Assembly: GCA_017577575.2 (NCBI GenBank)
Contig: PKRG02000006.1
Span: forward strand, 1,243 to 65,242
From: Acidimicrobiia bacterium
GTDB lineage: Bacteria > Actinomycetota > Acidimicrobiia > Spongiisociales > ZC4RG35
Reading direction: 5' to 3'
Length of the DNA: 64,000 nucleotides
The translations under genes were made by a program, and so were the position numbers. The notes under the pieces are model-generated. The model was not told where the DNA came from. It saw nothing but the letters and a program-made list of their open reading frames with translations, and made no database searches. Below, in pieces: positions 37,490 to 45,941 of the stretch; the first letter of the stretch is position 1; each line of letters starts with the position of its first letter.

Positions 37490-38565
37490 GCTTCGCCATC
37501 GCAGCCGCCGGCACCGGGGGCCACGTCTACCCGGGGCTGGCGGTGGGGGAGGCGCTCGTCGACCTCGGCGTCCCCCGCGAGGACATCCTCTACATCGGCG
37601 GCCGCCGACTGGAGGCCGACGTCTACCCGGCGGCGGGGTTCCCGTTCCTCTCCGTGGAACTGCGGGGGCTGTCCCGCCAGCTCACGGTGCGCAACCTGGG
37701 GATACCCCGGGTGGTCCTCGCCGCCGTCCGCGTCATCCGCACCGAGCTGGTCGCCCGCCGGGTGAGGGCCCTGCTCGGCATGGGCGGGTACGTCACGGTC
37801 CCCGCCGGCCTGGCGGCCCGGCGGGCGGGCATCCCCGTGGCGGTGGCCGAACAGAACGCCGAGGCGGGGCTGGCCAACCGGATCGTGTCCCGGTTCGCCA
37901 CCAGGGTGTTCGGGTCCTTTCCCACCACCCACAGGCTGCCGAGAGCCGAATGGGTGGGAAACCCCATCCGCCGGTCCCTCGCCGACTTCGACCGCGACCG
38001 GCTACGGCCCGACGCCCTCCGCCGCTTCGGCCTCGAACCAGACGTCCCGGTCCTCGGCGTGTTCGGAGGGTCACTCGGGGCGGGGGTGATCAACCGGGCG
38101 GTGATGGCGATGCTGGAGACGTGGGACGGGCCCGCGATCCAGGTCCTCCACCTCGCCGGCCAAGGGCACGACGAGGTGGCGGCCGCCGCATCGGTTTCCC
38201 CTCACCGATGGGTGGTGCTGGACTTCATCACCGAGATGGAAGCGTTCTTCGCCGCCTGCGACCTCGTGGTCGCCCGGGCCGGAGGCTCGGTCGCCGAGCT
38301 GACCGCCACCGCCACCCCCGCGGTGCTCGTCCCCGGCGGCTTCGGTTCGGGCCGCCACCAGGACCTCAACGCCGCCGCACTGCGTGACGCCGGGGCGGCG
38401 GTCGTCGTCGCCGAGGACCGCATCGGAGAGCTCCCGGCGGTGGTGAAATCCCTCATCGGCGACCCCCAGGCGCGCCGGCGCATGGCCGAGGCCGCCACGA
38501 AGATCGCCAAACCCGACGCGGCGATGGTCATCGCCCGCGCCATGATCGAGATGGCATCCGCATGA
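37486..38565 (+). CDS. murG: Undecaprenyldiphospho-muramoylpentapeptide beta-N-acetylglucosaminyltransferase
   Basis: GTGA overlap with ftsW. AAGTGGHVYPGLAV, and ARAGGSVAELTA in the C-terminal domain. Confidence 0.9.
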   Translation: MSFAIAAAGTGGHVYPGLAVGEALVDLGVPREDILYIGGRRLEADVYPAAGFPFLSVELRGLSRQLTVRNLGIPRVVLAAVRVIRTELVARRVRALLGMGGYVTVPAGLAARRAGIPVAVAEQNAEAGLANRIVSRFATRVFGSFPTTHRLPRAEWVGNPIRRSLADFDRDRLRPDALRRFGLEPDVPVLGVFGGSLGAGVINRAVMAMLETWDGPAIQVLHLAGQGHDEVAAAASVSPHRWVVLDFITEMEAFFAACDLVVARAGGSVAELTATATPAVLVPGGFGSGRHQDLNAAALRDAGAAVVVAEDRIGELPAVVKSLIGDPQARRRMAEAATKIAKPDAAMVIARAMIEMASA

Positions 38566-39938
38566 CCCGAATCCCCGAGCGAGTCCACGTCGTCGGCATC
38601 GGCGGAGCCGGCATGAGCGCCCTGGCGAAGATCCTCGCCGGGAGAGGCCACCGCGTCAGCGGCTCCGATCTGCGAGCCGGCACCACCATGGACCTCCTGT
38701 CGGCGCTGGGCATCGAAGTGTGGGAGGGGAGCCGTCCCGACCGGGTCGGCGAGGCGGAGCTGGTCGTGGCGTCGTCGGCGGTGCCCGACCACGACCCCGA
38801 GCTGGAAGCCGCCCGCCGCGCCGGGGTCCCGGTGTGGCGGCGGCCCGAGCTGCTCGAGGTGATCACCGCCCAGTGGCCCGTCATCGGCCCGACCGGGACC
38901 CACGGCAAGACCACCACCACGGCGCTGCTGGTCACCGGGATCCGCGCCGCCGGCGCCGACCCGTCGTTCGTGGCCGGGGGAGAGCTGGTCGCCTTCGGGA
39001 CCAACGGCCACCTCGGCTCCGACGACCTGCTGGTCCTCGAGGTCGACGAGGCGTTCGGGACTTTCGAGCACGTCCGCCTGAAGGGGCTCGTGGTCACCAA
39101 CGTCGAACAGGACCACATGGACCACTTCGGTTCCCCCGACGAGCTGGAGGAGGCCTTCGTGCGGGTGGCGCGTGCCGTCGAAGGCCCTGTCGTCGCCTGC
39201 CTGGACGACCCGGGGTCCGCCGGGGTCGCCGCCCGGGTGGGGGCCGCCACCTACGGAACCTCCCCGGACGCCACCTGGAGGATCCGCGACTTCTCCTCCG
39301 CCGACGGGGTCGGCCGGTTCCGGCTCGTCGGGCCGAAAGGAGAAGTGGCGGTGGAGCTCCCCCGGCCCGGCATCCACGTGGCCCGCAACGCCGCCGGCGC
39401 CCTCGCCCTCCTCGGCGAGCTCGGCTACGACGTGGAGGCGGCGGCCGCCGGCATGGAGCAGTTCGCCGGGGTGCGACGGCGCTTCGAGGCGAAGGGAACG
39501 ATCGCCGGCGTGAGGGTGATCGACGACTACGCCCACCACCCGACCGAGGTGGCCGCCACCCTCCGCGAGGCCGCCGAATACGGGCCGGCGCGGCTGTGGG
39601 CCGTGTTCCAACCCCACCTGTACTCGCGCACCCGGGACCTCCACCGGGAGTTCGGAGCCGCCCTGGCGCTCGCCGACCGGGTGGTCGTCACCGACGTCTA
39701 CGGCGCCCGGGAGGACCCCATCCCCGGGGTCACCGGCCAGCTGGTCGCCTCCGCCGCCCGCCGCGCCGGCGCCGCCTGGGTCCAGTACCTTCCCCACCGG
39801 GCCGACGTCGCTGCCCGGGTGGCGCGGATGGCCGAGCCGGGTGACATGGTCGTGGTGATGGGCGCCGGCGACATCACCCTCACGGCTTCCGAGCTGGCCC
39901 AGGCCCTTCAGCAGCAGATGGCGGAGGGGCCGGTGTGA
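38562..39938 (+). CDS. murC: UDP-N-acetylmuramate--L-alanine ligase
   Basis: ATGA overlap with murG. Motifs HVVGIGGAGMSALA, GPTGTHGKTTTT, and DDYAHHPTE. Confidence 0.9.
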   Translation: MTRIPERVHVVGIGGAGMSALAKILAGRGHRVSGSDLRAGTTMDLLSALGIEVWEGSRPDRVGEAELVVASSAVPDHDPELEAARRAGVPVWRRPELLEVITAQWPVIGPTGTHGKTTTTALLVTGIRAAGADPSFVAGGELVAFGTNGHLGSDDLLVLEVDEAFGTFEHVRLKGLVVTNVEQDHMDHFGSPDELEEAFVRVARAVEGPVVACLDDPGSAGVAARVGAATYGTSPDATWRIRDFSSADGVGRFRLVGPKGEVAVELPRPGIHVARNAAGALALLGELGYDVEAAAAGMEQFAGVRRRFEAKGTIAGVRVIDDYAHHPTEVAATLREAAEYGPARLWAVFQPHLYSRTRDLHREFGAALALADRVVVTDVYGAREDPIPGVTGQLVASAARRAGAAWVQYLPHRADVAARVARMAEPGDMVVVMGAGDITLTASELAQALQQQMAEGPV

Positions 39939-40843
39939 CCACCTGGGAGCGCCTCGTCGCCTCCGGGCGCGCCCGCCGCCACGTGGAGCTCGCCCCGATG
40001 ACCACCTACAAGCTGGGCGGCCCCGCCGACCTCTACGTGGTCGTCGACACGATCGACACCCTCCAGGAGGTGGGAGAGGCCCTCCGCGCCGAGCCGATGC
40101 CGGTCCTCGTGCTGGGGCGGGGCTCCAACCTCCTCATCGCCGACGAGGGCTTCCGGGGGGTGGTCGTCAGGCTGGGCGAGGGGTTCTCTCGGGTGAGCAT
40201 CGACCCGGAGGGGATCGTGGAAGCCGGCGGCGCCGTCTCGCTTCCCCGTCTGGCCCGCGGAATCGCCGCCGAAGGCAGGGGAGGGCTCGAATGGGGGGTG
40301 GGGATCCCCGGCTCCGTCGGGGGCGCGGTCCGCCAGAACGCCGGCTGCTTCGGGCGGGAGGTCGTCGACGTGCTCGTCGAGGCCCGCGTGGTCTCGCTCG
40401 CCGACGGCACCGACCGCTGGGCGGCGGCCGACGCGCTCGACCTGAGCTACCGCCACTCCGCCATCGCCTCCACCGACGTGGTCGTCTCCGCCCGTTTCCA
40501 CACCAGCGGGGTGGACCCCGCCGAGGCCGCCGCCGAGATGCGCCGGATCACCCGGTGGCGGAAAGAGCATCAGCCGGGCGGCACCCTCAACGCCGGGTCG
40601 GTGTTCAAGAACCCCCCGGGCGACGCCGCAGGCGCCATCATCGACCGGCTGGGCCTGAAAGGATTCGCCCTCGGCCCGGTGCGGGTGTCGCCCCGGCACG
40701 CCAACTTCATCGAAGCGGAGGCGGAGGCGACCGCCGAGGCCGTGCGTCGTCTCATCGAGGCGGTGCAGAGGAGGGTGGAAGAGGAGACCGGGATCCGCCT
40801 CGAACCGGAGATCCAGTTCGTGGGATTCGAGGATGGGGATTGA
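39935..40843 (+). CDS. murB: UDP-N-acetylenolpyruvoylglucosamine reductase
   Basis: GTGA overlap with murC. Motifs TYKLGGPADL, VLGRGSNLL, GIPGSVGGAVRQNAG, and GSVFKNP. Confidence 0.9.
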   Translation: MTTWERLVASGRARRHVELAPMTTYKLGGPADLYVVVDTIDTLQEVGEALRAEPMPVLVLGRGSNLLIADEGFRGVVVRLGEGFSRVSIDPEGIVEAGGAVSLPRLARGIAAEGRGGLEWGVGIPGSVGGAVRQNAGCFGREVVDVLVEARVVSLADGTDRWAAADALDLSYRHSAIASTDVVVSARFHTSGVDPAEAAAEMRRITRWRKEHQPGGTLNAGSVFKNPPGDAAGAIIDRLGLKGFALGPVRVSPRHANFIEAEAEATAEAVRRLIEAVQRRVEEETGIRLEPEIQFVGFEDGD

Positions 40844-41639
40844 GATGGATCGCCGCCTGGCCGAGCGCCGTCGCCGGGTGGCGGAAGAGAGGGCTCGCTC
40901 CAACCTCGGCCGCCTCCTGCGGCTGCTGATCGCCCTGGGAGTCGCCGGGGCGGTGGTCTGGTTCATGCACTCCCCGTTCATGTCGGTGGGCCGGATCGTC
41001 GTCGACGGAGCGCGCCAGGTCGACGTGGAGGCGGTGCTCGCCCAACACGGCATCTACGAGGGCCGGCCGCTCCTCTTCCTCGACGTGGCCAGCGCCGAAG
41101 CGGCCCTTCTGGAGGACCCCTGGGTGGCGGAGGCGACCGTCGCCCGGGACTGGCCCACGACCGTCCTCGTGGAGGTGGTGGAGCGGGAGCCAGCCGTCGC
41201 CGTCCGTCTCGCCGACGGCTGGTGGTCGGCGGCGGCCGACGGAGTGCTGTTGGAGCGAGCCGAGCAACGTCCCGACGGCCTGCCGGCGGCCGACTTCGCC
41301 GACGTGCCCTCCGAGGAGGTCGCAGAGGATCTCGACGTGGCCGGAGCGATCGAATACCTGGCCGCCTTGCCGCCCGAATATCGGGCAGATGCCCTGGTCG
41401 TGTCGGGGGATGAAGGGCTGGAGGGAACGGTCGCCGGTTTCCGGGTGAGGATCGGCCGGCCCTTCGACACCGCCGAGAAGGCCCGGGTGACGGCAGCCAT
41501 CCTCGAACAGGGTGTCGAAGAGGGGTCGGTGATAACCGTGATGGCGCCGGCCAACCCCGCCGTCCTCCCGCCGGGGGCGGGGGAGGAGACGACCGATGGA
41601 GACGACGCCGGCGAGGGCGAGCCCGAGACCGAACCCTAA
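40833..41639 (+). CDS. ftsQ: Cell division protein FtsQ (POTRA domain)
   Basis: Basic N-terminus, a single TM span (LLRLLIALGVAGAVVWF), then a POTRA-like region (VVDGARQVDVEAVL...). Position is between murB and ftsZ. An alternative ATG lies at 40845. Confidence 0.8.
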   Translation: MGIEMDRRLAERRRRVAEERARSNLGRLLRLLIALGVAGAVVWFMHSPFMSVGRIVVDGARQVDVEAVLAQHGIYEGRPLLFLDVASAEAALLEDPWVAEATVARDWPTTVLVEVVEREPAVAVRLADGWWSAAADGVLLERAEQRPDGLPAADFADVPSEEVAEDLDVAGAIEYLAALPPEYRADALVVSGDEGLEGTVAGFRVRIGRPFDTAEKARVTAAILEQGVEEGSVITVMAPANPAVLPPGAGEETTDGDDAGEGEPETEP

Positions 41640-41677
41640 ACCTCTACTTGAAGGTAAAACTCTCGGGGTTTACGAAT

Positions 41678-41704
41678 CTCTCAACCTCGTGTAAAGGTTG
41701 AGAG
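41678..41704 (+). promoter_or_regulatory. Perfect 10-bp stem-loop in the ftsQ-ftsZ spacer
   Basis: CTCTCAACCT (41678-41687), 7-nt loop CGTGTAA, AGGTTGAGAG (41695-41704). It lies in a 92-nt AT-enriched spacer, 17 nt upstream of the ftsZ GGAGG SD. Confidence 0.6.
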
Positions 41705-41731
41705 CACCGGAGCTCAACTTGGAGGTTTGAC

Positions 41732-42808
41732 ATGAACAACCGCGCCGGATCGACCGGTAGTTACCTGGCGGTCATAAAGGTCGTCGGGGTCGGAGGAGGC
41801 GGCGTCAACGCCGTCAATCGCATGGTCGAAGCCGGCGTCCGTGGAGTGGAGTTCATCGCTCTCAACACCGACGCCCAGGCCCTGCTCATGTCCGACGCCG
41901 ACGTCAAGCTCGACCTGGGGCGCGAGGTGACTCGCGGCCTCGGAGCAGGCGCCAACCCCGAGGTGGGGCGAGCCGCCGCCGAGGCTCACCGTGAGGAGCT
42001 GGAAGAGGTCCTCAAGGGCGCCGACATGGTGTTCATCACCGCCGGGGAGGGCGGTGGCACCGGCACCGGCGGAGCGCCGGTGGTCGCCGAGGTCGCCCGC
42101 AACCTGGGCGCCCTCACCGTCGGGGTGGTCACCCGTCCGTTCGGCTTCGAAGGTCGCCGGCGCGCCATCAACGCCGAAGAGGGCATCCAGGCGTTGAGGG
42201 AGGCGGTCGACACCCTGATCATCATCCCCAACGACCGGCTGCTCGACGTCGGCGACCCATCGGCGCCGATCACCGAGACCTTCCGCCTCGCCGACGAGGT
42301 GCTGATGAACGGCGTCGCCGGCATCACCGACCTCATCACCACCCCCGGCCTCATCAACGTCGACTTCGCCGACGTGAAGACGATCATGGCCAACGCCGGT
42401 TCGGCGGTGATGGGCATCGGGCGGGCCACCGGCGAGAACCGCGCCGAGCAGGCCGCCCAGCGGGCGATCAACAGCCCCATGCTCGAGACGTCGATGGACG
42501 GCGCCAAGGGCGTGCTGTTGTCCATCGCCGGCCCCTCGTCGATGACGCTGCACGAGGCGACCTCGGCCGCCCAGGTCGTCGCCGACCACGCCGACCCCGA
42601 GGCGGAGATCATCTTCGGGGCCATCATCGACGACGATCTCGGCGAGGAGATGAAGGTGACGGTCATCGCCGCCGGGTTCGACAAGGGACGGGCGCGTCGC
42701 CCCGCCCAGAGGAGCCAGGAACGCGAGCGGCCGTCGACCGAGCCCAGCCGGCCGCAGCCCAAGGAAGAGGAAGACGACCTCGACATCCCCTCGTTCGTGC
42801 AGGGATGA
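41732..42808 (+). CDS. ftsZ: Cell division GTPase FtsZ
   Basis: [25 protein letters not shown] (tubulin signature), NVDFADV, and the C-terminal peptide [11 protein letters not shown]. Confidence 0.97.
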   Translation: MNNRAGSTGSYLAVIKVVGVGGGGVNAVNRMVEAGVRGVEFIALNTDAQALLMSDADVKLDLGREVTRGLGAGANPEVGRAAAEAHREELEEVLKGADMVFITAGEGGGTGTGGAPVVAEVARNLGALTVGVVTRPFGFEGRRRAINAEEGIQALREAVDTLIIIPNDRLLDVGDPSAPITETFRLADEVLMNGVAGITDLITTPGLINVDFADVKTIMANAGSAVMGIGRATGENRAEQAAQRAINSPMLETSMDGAKGVLLSIAGPSSMTLHEATSAAQVVADHADPEAEIIFGAIIDDDLGEEMKVTVIAAGFDKGRARRPAQRSQERERPSTEPSRPQPKEEEDDLDIPSFVQG

Positions 42809-43413
42809 CCCTCGAGGGCGTTGCCTTCACCTCGCCCGACGACGGTGATGCCCGGGGTGACCGGGAGGTCCGCCGGCGGGTGTCGGCCCGGCTCGGGATC
42901 GCCGAGGAGTGGGCGACGGTCGAGCAGGTGCACGGCGCCGTGGCCGTCGCCGTCGACCGCCCCGGCCCGGCCGGCGAAGCCGACGCGCTGGTGACGGCCG
43001 TCCCCGGCCTCCCGCTGGCGGTGTTCACCGCCGACTGCCTCGGCGTGGTCCTCCACGGGCCCGGGACGGTGGGTGTGGCCCACGCCGGCTGGCGTGGTTT
43101 GGCGGCCGGGGTCATCGAGAGCACCATCGACCTCATGCGGCAGACAGGAACGGCACCCACCCGCGCCGGGATCGGCCCCGGCATCGGCCCCTGCTGTTTC
43201 GAAGTCGGCGACGAGGTCGCCGAGGCTTTCCCCGAAGACGTCTCGGTGACTACGTGGGGGACCCGCTCGGTCGACCTGCGCGCCGCCGCCGCCCGGCGGC
43301 TGCGCGGCCTCGACGTCTGGATCGACGACCGCTGCACCGCCTGCGGGGGAGGCTTCAGCCACCGGGCCAGCGGCACCTCCCAGCGGATGGCGGCCTTGGG
43401 GTGGTTGCAGTGA
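42805..43413 (+). CDS. pgeF: Peptidoglycan editing factor PgeF (YfiH / laccase-domain protein)
   Basis: ATGA overlap with fts[19 protein letters not shown], and C-terminal FSHR. Short at 202 aa. Confidence 0.8.
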   Translation: MTLEGVAFTSPDDGDARGDREVRRRVSARLGIAEEWATVEQVHGAVAVAVDRPGPAGEADALVTAVPGLPLAVFTADCLGVVLHGPGTVGVAHAGWRGLAAGVIESTIDLMRQTGTAPTRAGIGPGIGPCCFEVGDEVAEAFPEDVSVTTWGTRSVDLRAAAARRLRGLDVWIDDRCTACGGGFSHRASGTSQRMAALGWLQ

Positions 43414-44072
43414 GCCTCGCTTCGGTGCTCGACCGGGTCGCCGCCGCCTGCCGGCGGGTGGGACGCGACCCGGCGGAGGTCACGGTGGTGGCGGTCAGCA
43501 AGGGCCAGACGAAGGAGGCCATCGCCGCCCTCTACGAGGCGGGCCACCGCGACTTCGGAGAGAACCGGGCCGACGAGCTCCAGGCCAAGGCAGCCGAGCT
43601 GCCCGACGACATCCGGTGGCACTTCGTCGGCCACCTCCAGTCCAACAAGGCCCGGATCGTGCGTCCCATCGCCTCGGTGCTGCACTCCCTCGACCGGGAG
43701 TCGCTGGCCTACGCCTGGCTGAAAGGCGCCGGCGCCCCGCCTCCGGCGTATCTCCAGGTCAACATCGGCCGGGAGCCCCAGAAACACGGAGTGGATCCCG
43801 ACGACGCCGTCGACGCCGCGGTGGCGTTCTCGGGGCTGGGCATCCCGATCGCAGGCGTCATGGCGATCCTCCCCATCGTCGAGGACCCCGAAGACGCCCG
43901 CCCCTATTTCCGGCGAATGGCAGACATCCGGGACCGGGTGGCAGAGAAGGTCCCGACCGCCGTCGGCTTGTCGATGGGCATGACCGATGACTTCGAAGTG
44001 GCGGTGGAAGAAGGTGCCACCGTTATACGCGTGGGACGGGCTATCTTTGACGTGCACAGCACGGCCGGATAG
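43410..44072 (+). CDS. yggS: YggS-family pyridoxal-phosphate homeostasis protein
   Basis: GTGA overlap with pgeF. VVAVSKGQ (PLP Lys), FGENRADE, WHFVGHLQSNK, and SMGMTDDF. Confidence 0.9.
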   Translation: MSLASVLDRVAAACRRVGRDPAEVTVVAVSKGQTKEAIAALYEAGHRDFGENRADELQAKAAELPDDIRWHFVGHLQSNKARIVRPIASVLHSLDRESLAYAWLKGAGAPPPAYLQVNIGREPQKHGVDPDDAVDAAVAFSGLGIPIAGVMAILPIVEDPEDARPYFRRMADIRDRVAEKVPTAVGLSMGMTDDFEVAVEEGATVIRVGRAIFDVHSTAG

Positions 44073-44080
44073 AGGAACCA

Positions 44081-44629
44081 ATGTCGTCATTGCTCTCCAA
44101 GGCGCTCGTATATCTCGGGCTGGTCGACGAGGACCAGGCCGCTTACGACGTGGAGCCGCAGGAGCCGCGGCCCCGGGCGCCGCGGCCCGAGCCCGTCTAC
44201 GAAGAGCGCCGCACGCCTCCGCCGAGCGGCCCCCGGCGGGTCGAAGGATTGGGCAGTGTCGAAGGCCGCCGCGTCGAGCCTCCGACCCGGACCACGATGC
44301 CGCCGAGCAGCCAGCAGACGGTCCGCCCGGTGCGCCCGGTGGAGGTGCAGTCCGACGTCCTCGTCGTGGAGGAGTTCGGCGACGCCAAGATCCTCGCCGA
44401 CCGGGTCCGTGACCAGGTCCCGGTCGTGCTCGACCTGCGCCGCGCCTCCTCGGAGCTGGTGCGCCGGGTCATCGACTTCTCCAGTGGCCTCATCTACGCC
44501 CTCGACGGCACCATGCGCAAGGTGGGCGACGGCCTCGTGCTGGTGCTGCCGCCGCGGGTGACGCTGTCCCGCGACGAGAAGCGGCGTCTCGCCGACCTGG
44601 GCGTGTACCAGCTCGACGACGTCGACTGA
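44081..44629 (+). CDS. sepF: Cell division protein SepF
   Basis: N-terminal amphipathic MSSLLSKALVYLGLVD, a Pro/Arg-rich linker, and the C-terminal core VVLDLRRASSELVRRVIDFSSGLIYALDGTMRKVGDGLVLVLP. Confidence 0.9.
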   Translation: MSSLLSKALVYLGLVDEDQAAYDVEPQEPRPRAPRPEPVYEERRTPPPSGPRRVEGLGSVEGRRVEPPTRTTMPPSSQQTVRPVRPVEVQSDVLVVEEFGDAKILADRVRDQVPVVLDLRRASSELVRRVIDFSSGLIYALDGTMRKVGDGLVLVLPPRVTLSRDEKRRLADLGVYQLDDVD

Positions 44630-44630
44630 C

Positions 44631-44882
44631 GTGGGAATCCTCTGCGCCGCCGTCCGGCTCTACAGCATCGCCGTGCTCGGCTGGGTGATCCTCTCTTGGA
44701 TCCAGGTCCCGGCCACCCACCCGCTGGCGCGGGTGACGGTTTTCCTCGACCGGATCATCTACCCGGTGATCCTCCCCCTGCGCCGCATCATCCCCCCGTT
44801 GAGGCTGGGAGCCGGCGCCCTGGACCTGTCGCCGGTCGTGCTCCTGATCGGGTTGTCGTTCCTGCAGCGCATCGTCTGTTGA
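44631..44882 (+). CDS. yggT: YggT family membrane protein
   Basis: 83 aa with two TM spans. Motifs LSWIQV and DRIIYPVILPLRRIIPPLRLGAGALDLSP typical of YggT. Confidence 0.85.
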   Translation: MGILCAAVRLYSIAVLGWVILSWIQVPATHPLARVTVFLDRIIYPVILPLRRIIPPLRLGAGALDLSPVVLLIGLSFLQRIVC

Positions 44883-44956
44883 TGCTTGGGTAGGCCCCTG
44901 CGGGGGCGTATCCTCCAGCCAAAGTTCCGTAAGCCGCTTCAGGGAGAAGCCCCTTC

Positions 44957-45937
44957 ATGCCTCTGACACCGATAGACGTACAGCAGAAGACATTCGGGCC
45001 CGAGCTGCGGGGCTACAACATGGACGAGGTCGACGACTTCCTCGACGAGGTCGTCGCCACCTTGAAGGACTACGACCAGCGGATGCGCGACGCCCAGGAC
45101 CGGATCCGGGCGCTGGAAGCCGAGCTGGCTTCACGAGGCGAGGAGGAGACCGCCATCTCCCGGGCGCTGGTGGCCGCCCAGAAGCAGGCCGACGCCATCA
45201 TCGCCGAGGCACAGGCCGAAGCCGAGCGCATCCGCCAGAGCGCTCAGGGCGAGGCCGACCGCCTCCGCGCCGAGCGTGACGCCGAACGCCAGCGGCTCAC
45301 CCAGGAGATCGCCCGCATGCGGGCGACCGTGGCCGACCTGAAGCGACGCATCGTGGATCTCGCTGCCGCCGCCGAGGCGAACCTCGACTCGATGGACGCC
45401 GCCATCGCCGAGGCCACCACCGACATCGGCGCGGCCACTCCCGTCTTCGACGACGAGGCCGAAGAGGCAGCCGCGGTTGGAGCCGGGTCGGAACCGGCCG
45501 AGGCCGGCGAGCCCGAGGAAGCGGCGGAGATCGGCGACTGGGGAGCTACCTCCGACGACTACGCCGAGCCCGAGTCCGACTGGGAGGAAGAGGCGGCGGA
45601 GGCCGCGGAGGAAGGCTGGGGCGGATACGGCGACTACGCCGACGTGCCGGCAGACGCTCCTGGCGACGACAGCCCCGAGGACGAGCCCGGCGAGCCTTTC
45701 GGGCCGGAGCAGGCCGACGACGGGGACACCGTCGACGGGGACGCCTACGAGGAGCCGACCGCAGAGCTCGCCGCCGAGCAGGCGCCGGCGACGGACCCGG
45801 ACGCGGCGGTCGCTGAAGAGGACCAGGGCGACTTCGGCACCCTCGCCGAGCGGATGGCGCGGGAGGCGTCCCGGGCGAACCTGGGCAGCGAAGACACTCC
45901 GTCGGGTCGCCGCCCCTGGGAGCGCGGCTCGGTCTGA
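44957..45937 (+). CDS. divIVA: DivIVA/Wag31 family protein with long acidic C-terminal tail
   Basis: MPLTPIDVQQKTFGPELRGYNMDEVDDFLDEV, the canonical DivIVA N-terminus. Coiled coil, then about 160 aa of D/E/A/P-rich tail. Confidence 0.9.
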   Translation: MPLTPIDVQQKTFGPELRGYNMDEVDDFLDEVVATLKDYDQRMRDAQDRIRALEAELASRGEEETAISRALVAAQKQADAIIAEAQAEAERIRQSAQGEADRLRAERDAERQRLTQEIARMRATVADLKRRIVDLAAAAEANLDSMDAAIAEATTDIGAATPVFDDEAEEAAAVGAGSEPAEAGEPEEAAEIGDWGATSDDYAEPESDWEEEAAEAAEEGWGGYGDYADVPADAPGDDSPEDEPGEPFGPEQADDGDTVDGDAYEEPTAELAAEQAPATDPDAAVAEEDQGDFGTLAERMAREASRANLGSEDTPSGRRPWERGSV

Positions 45938-45941
45938 GCCC

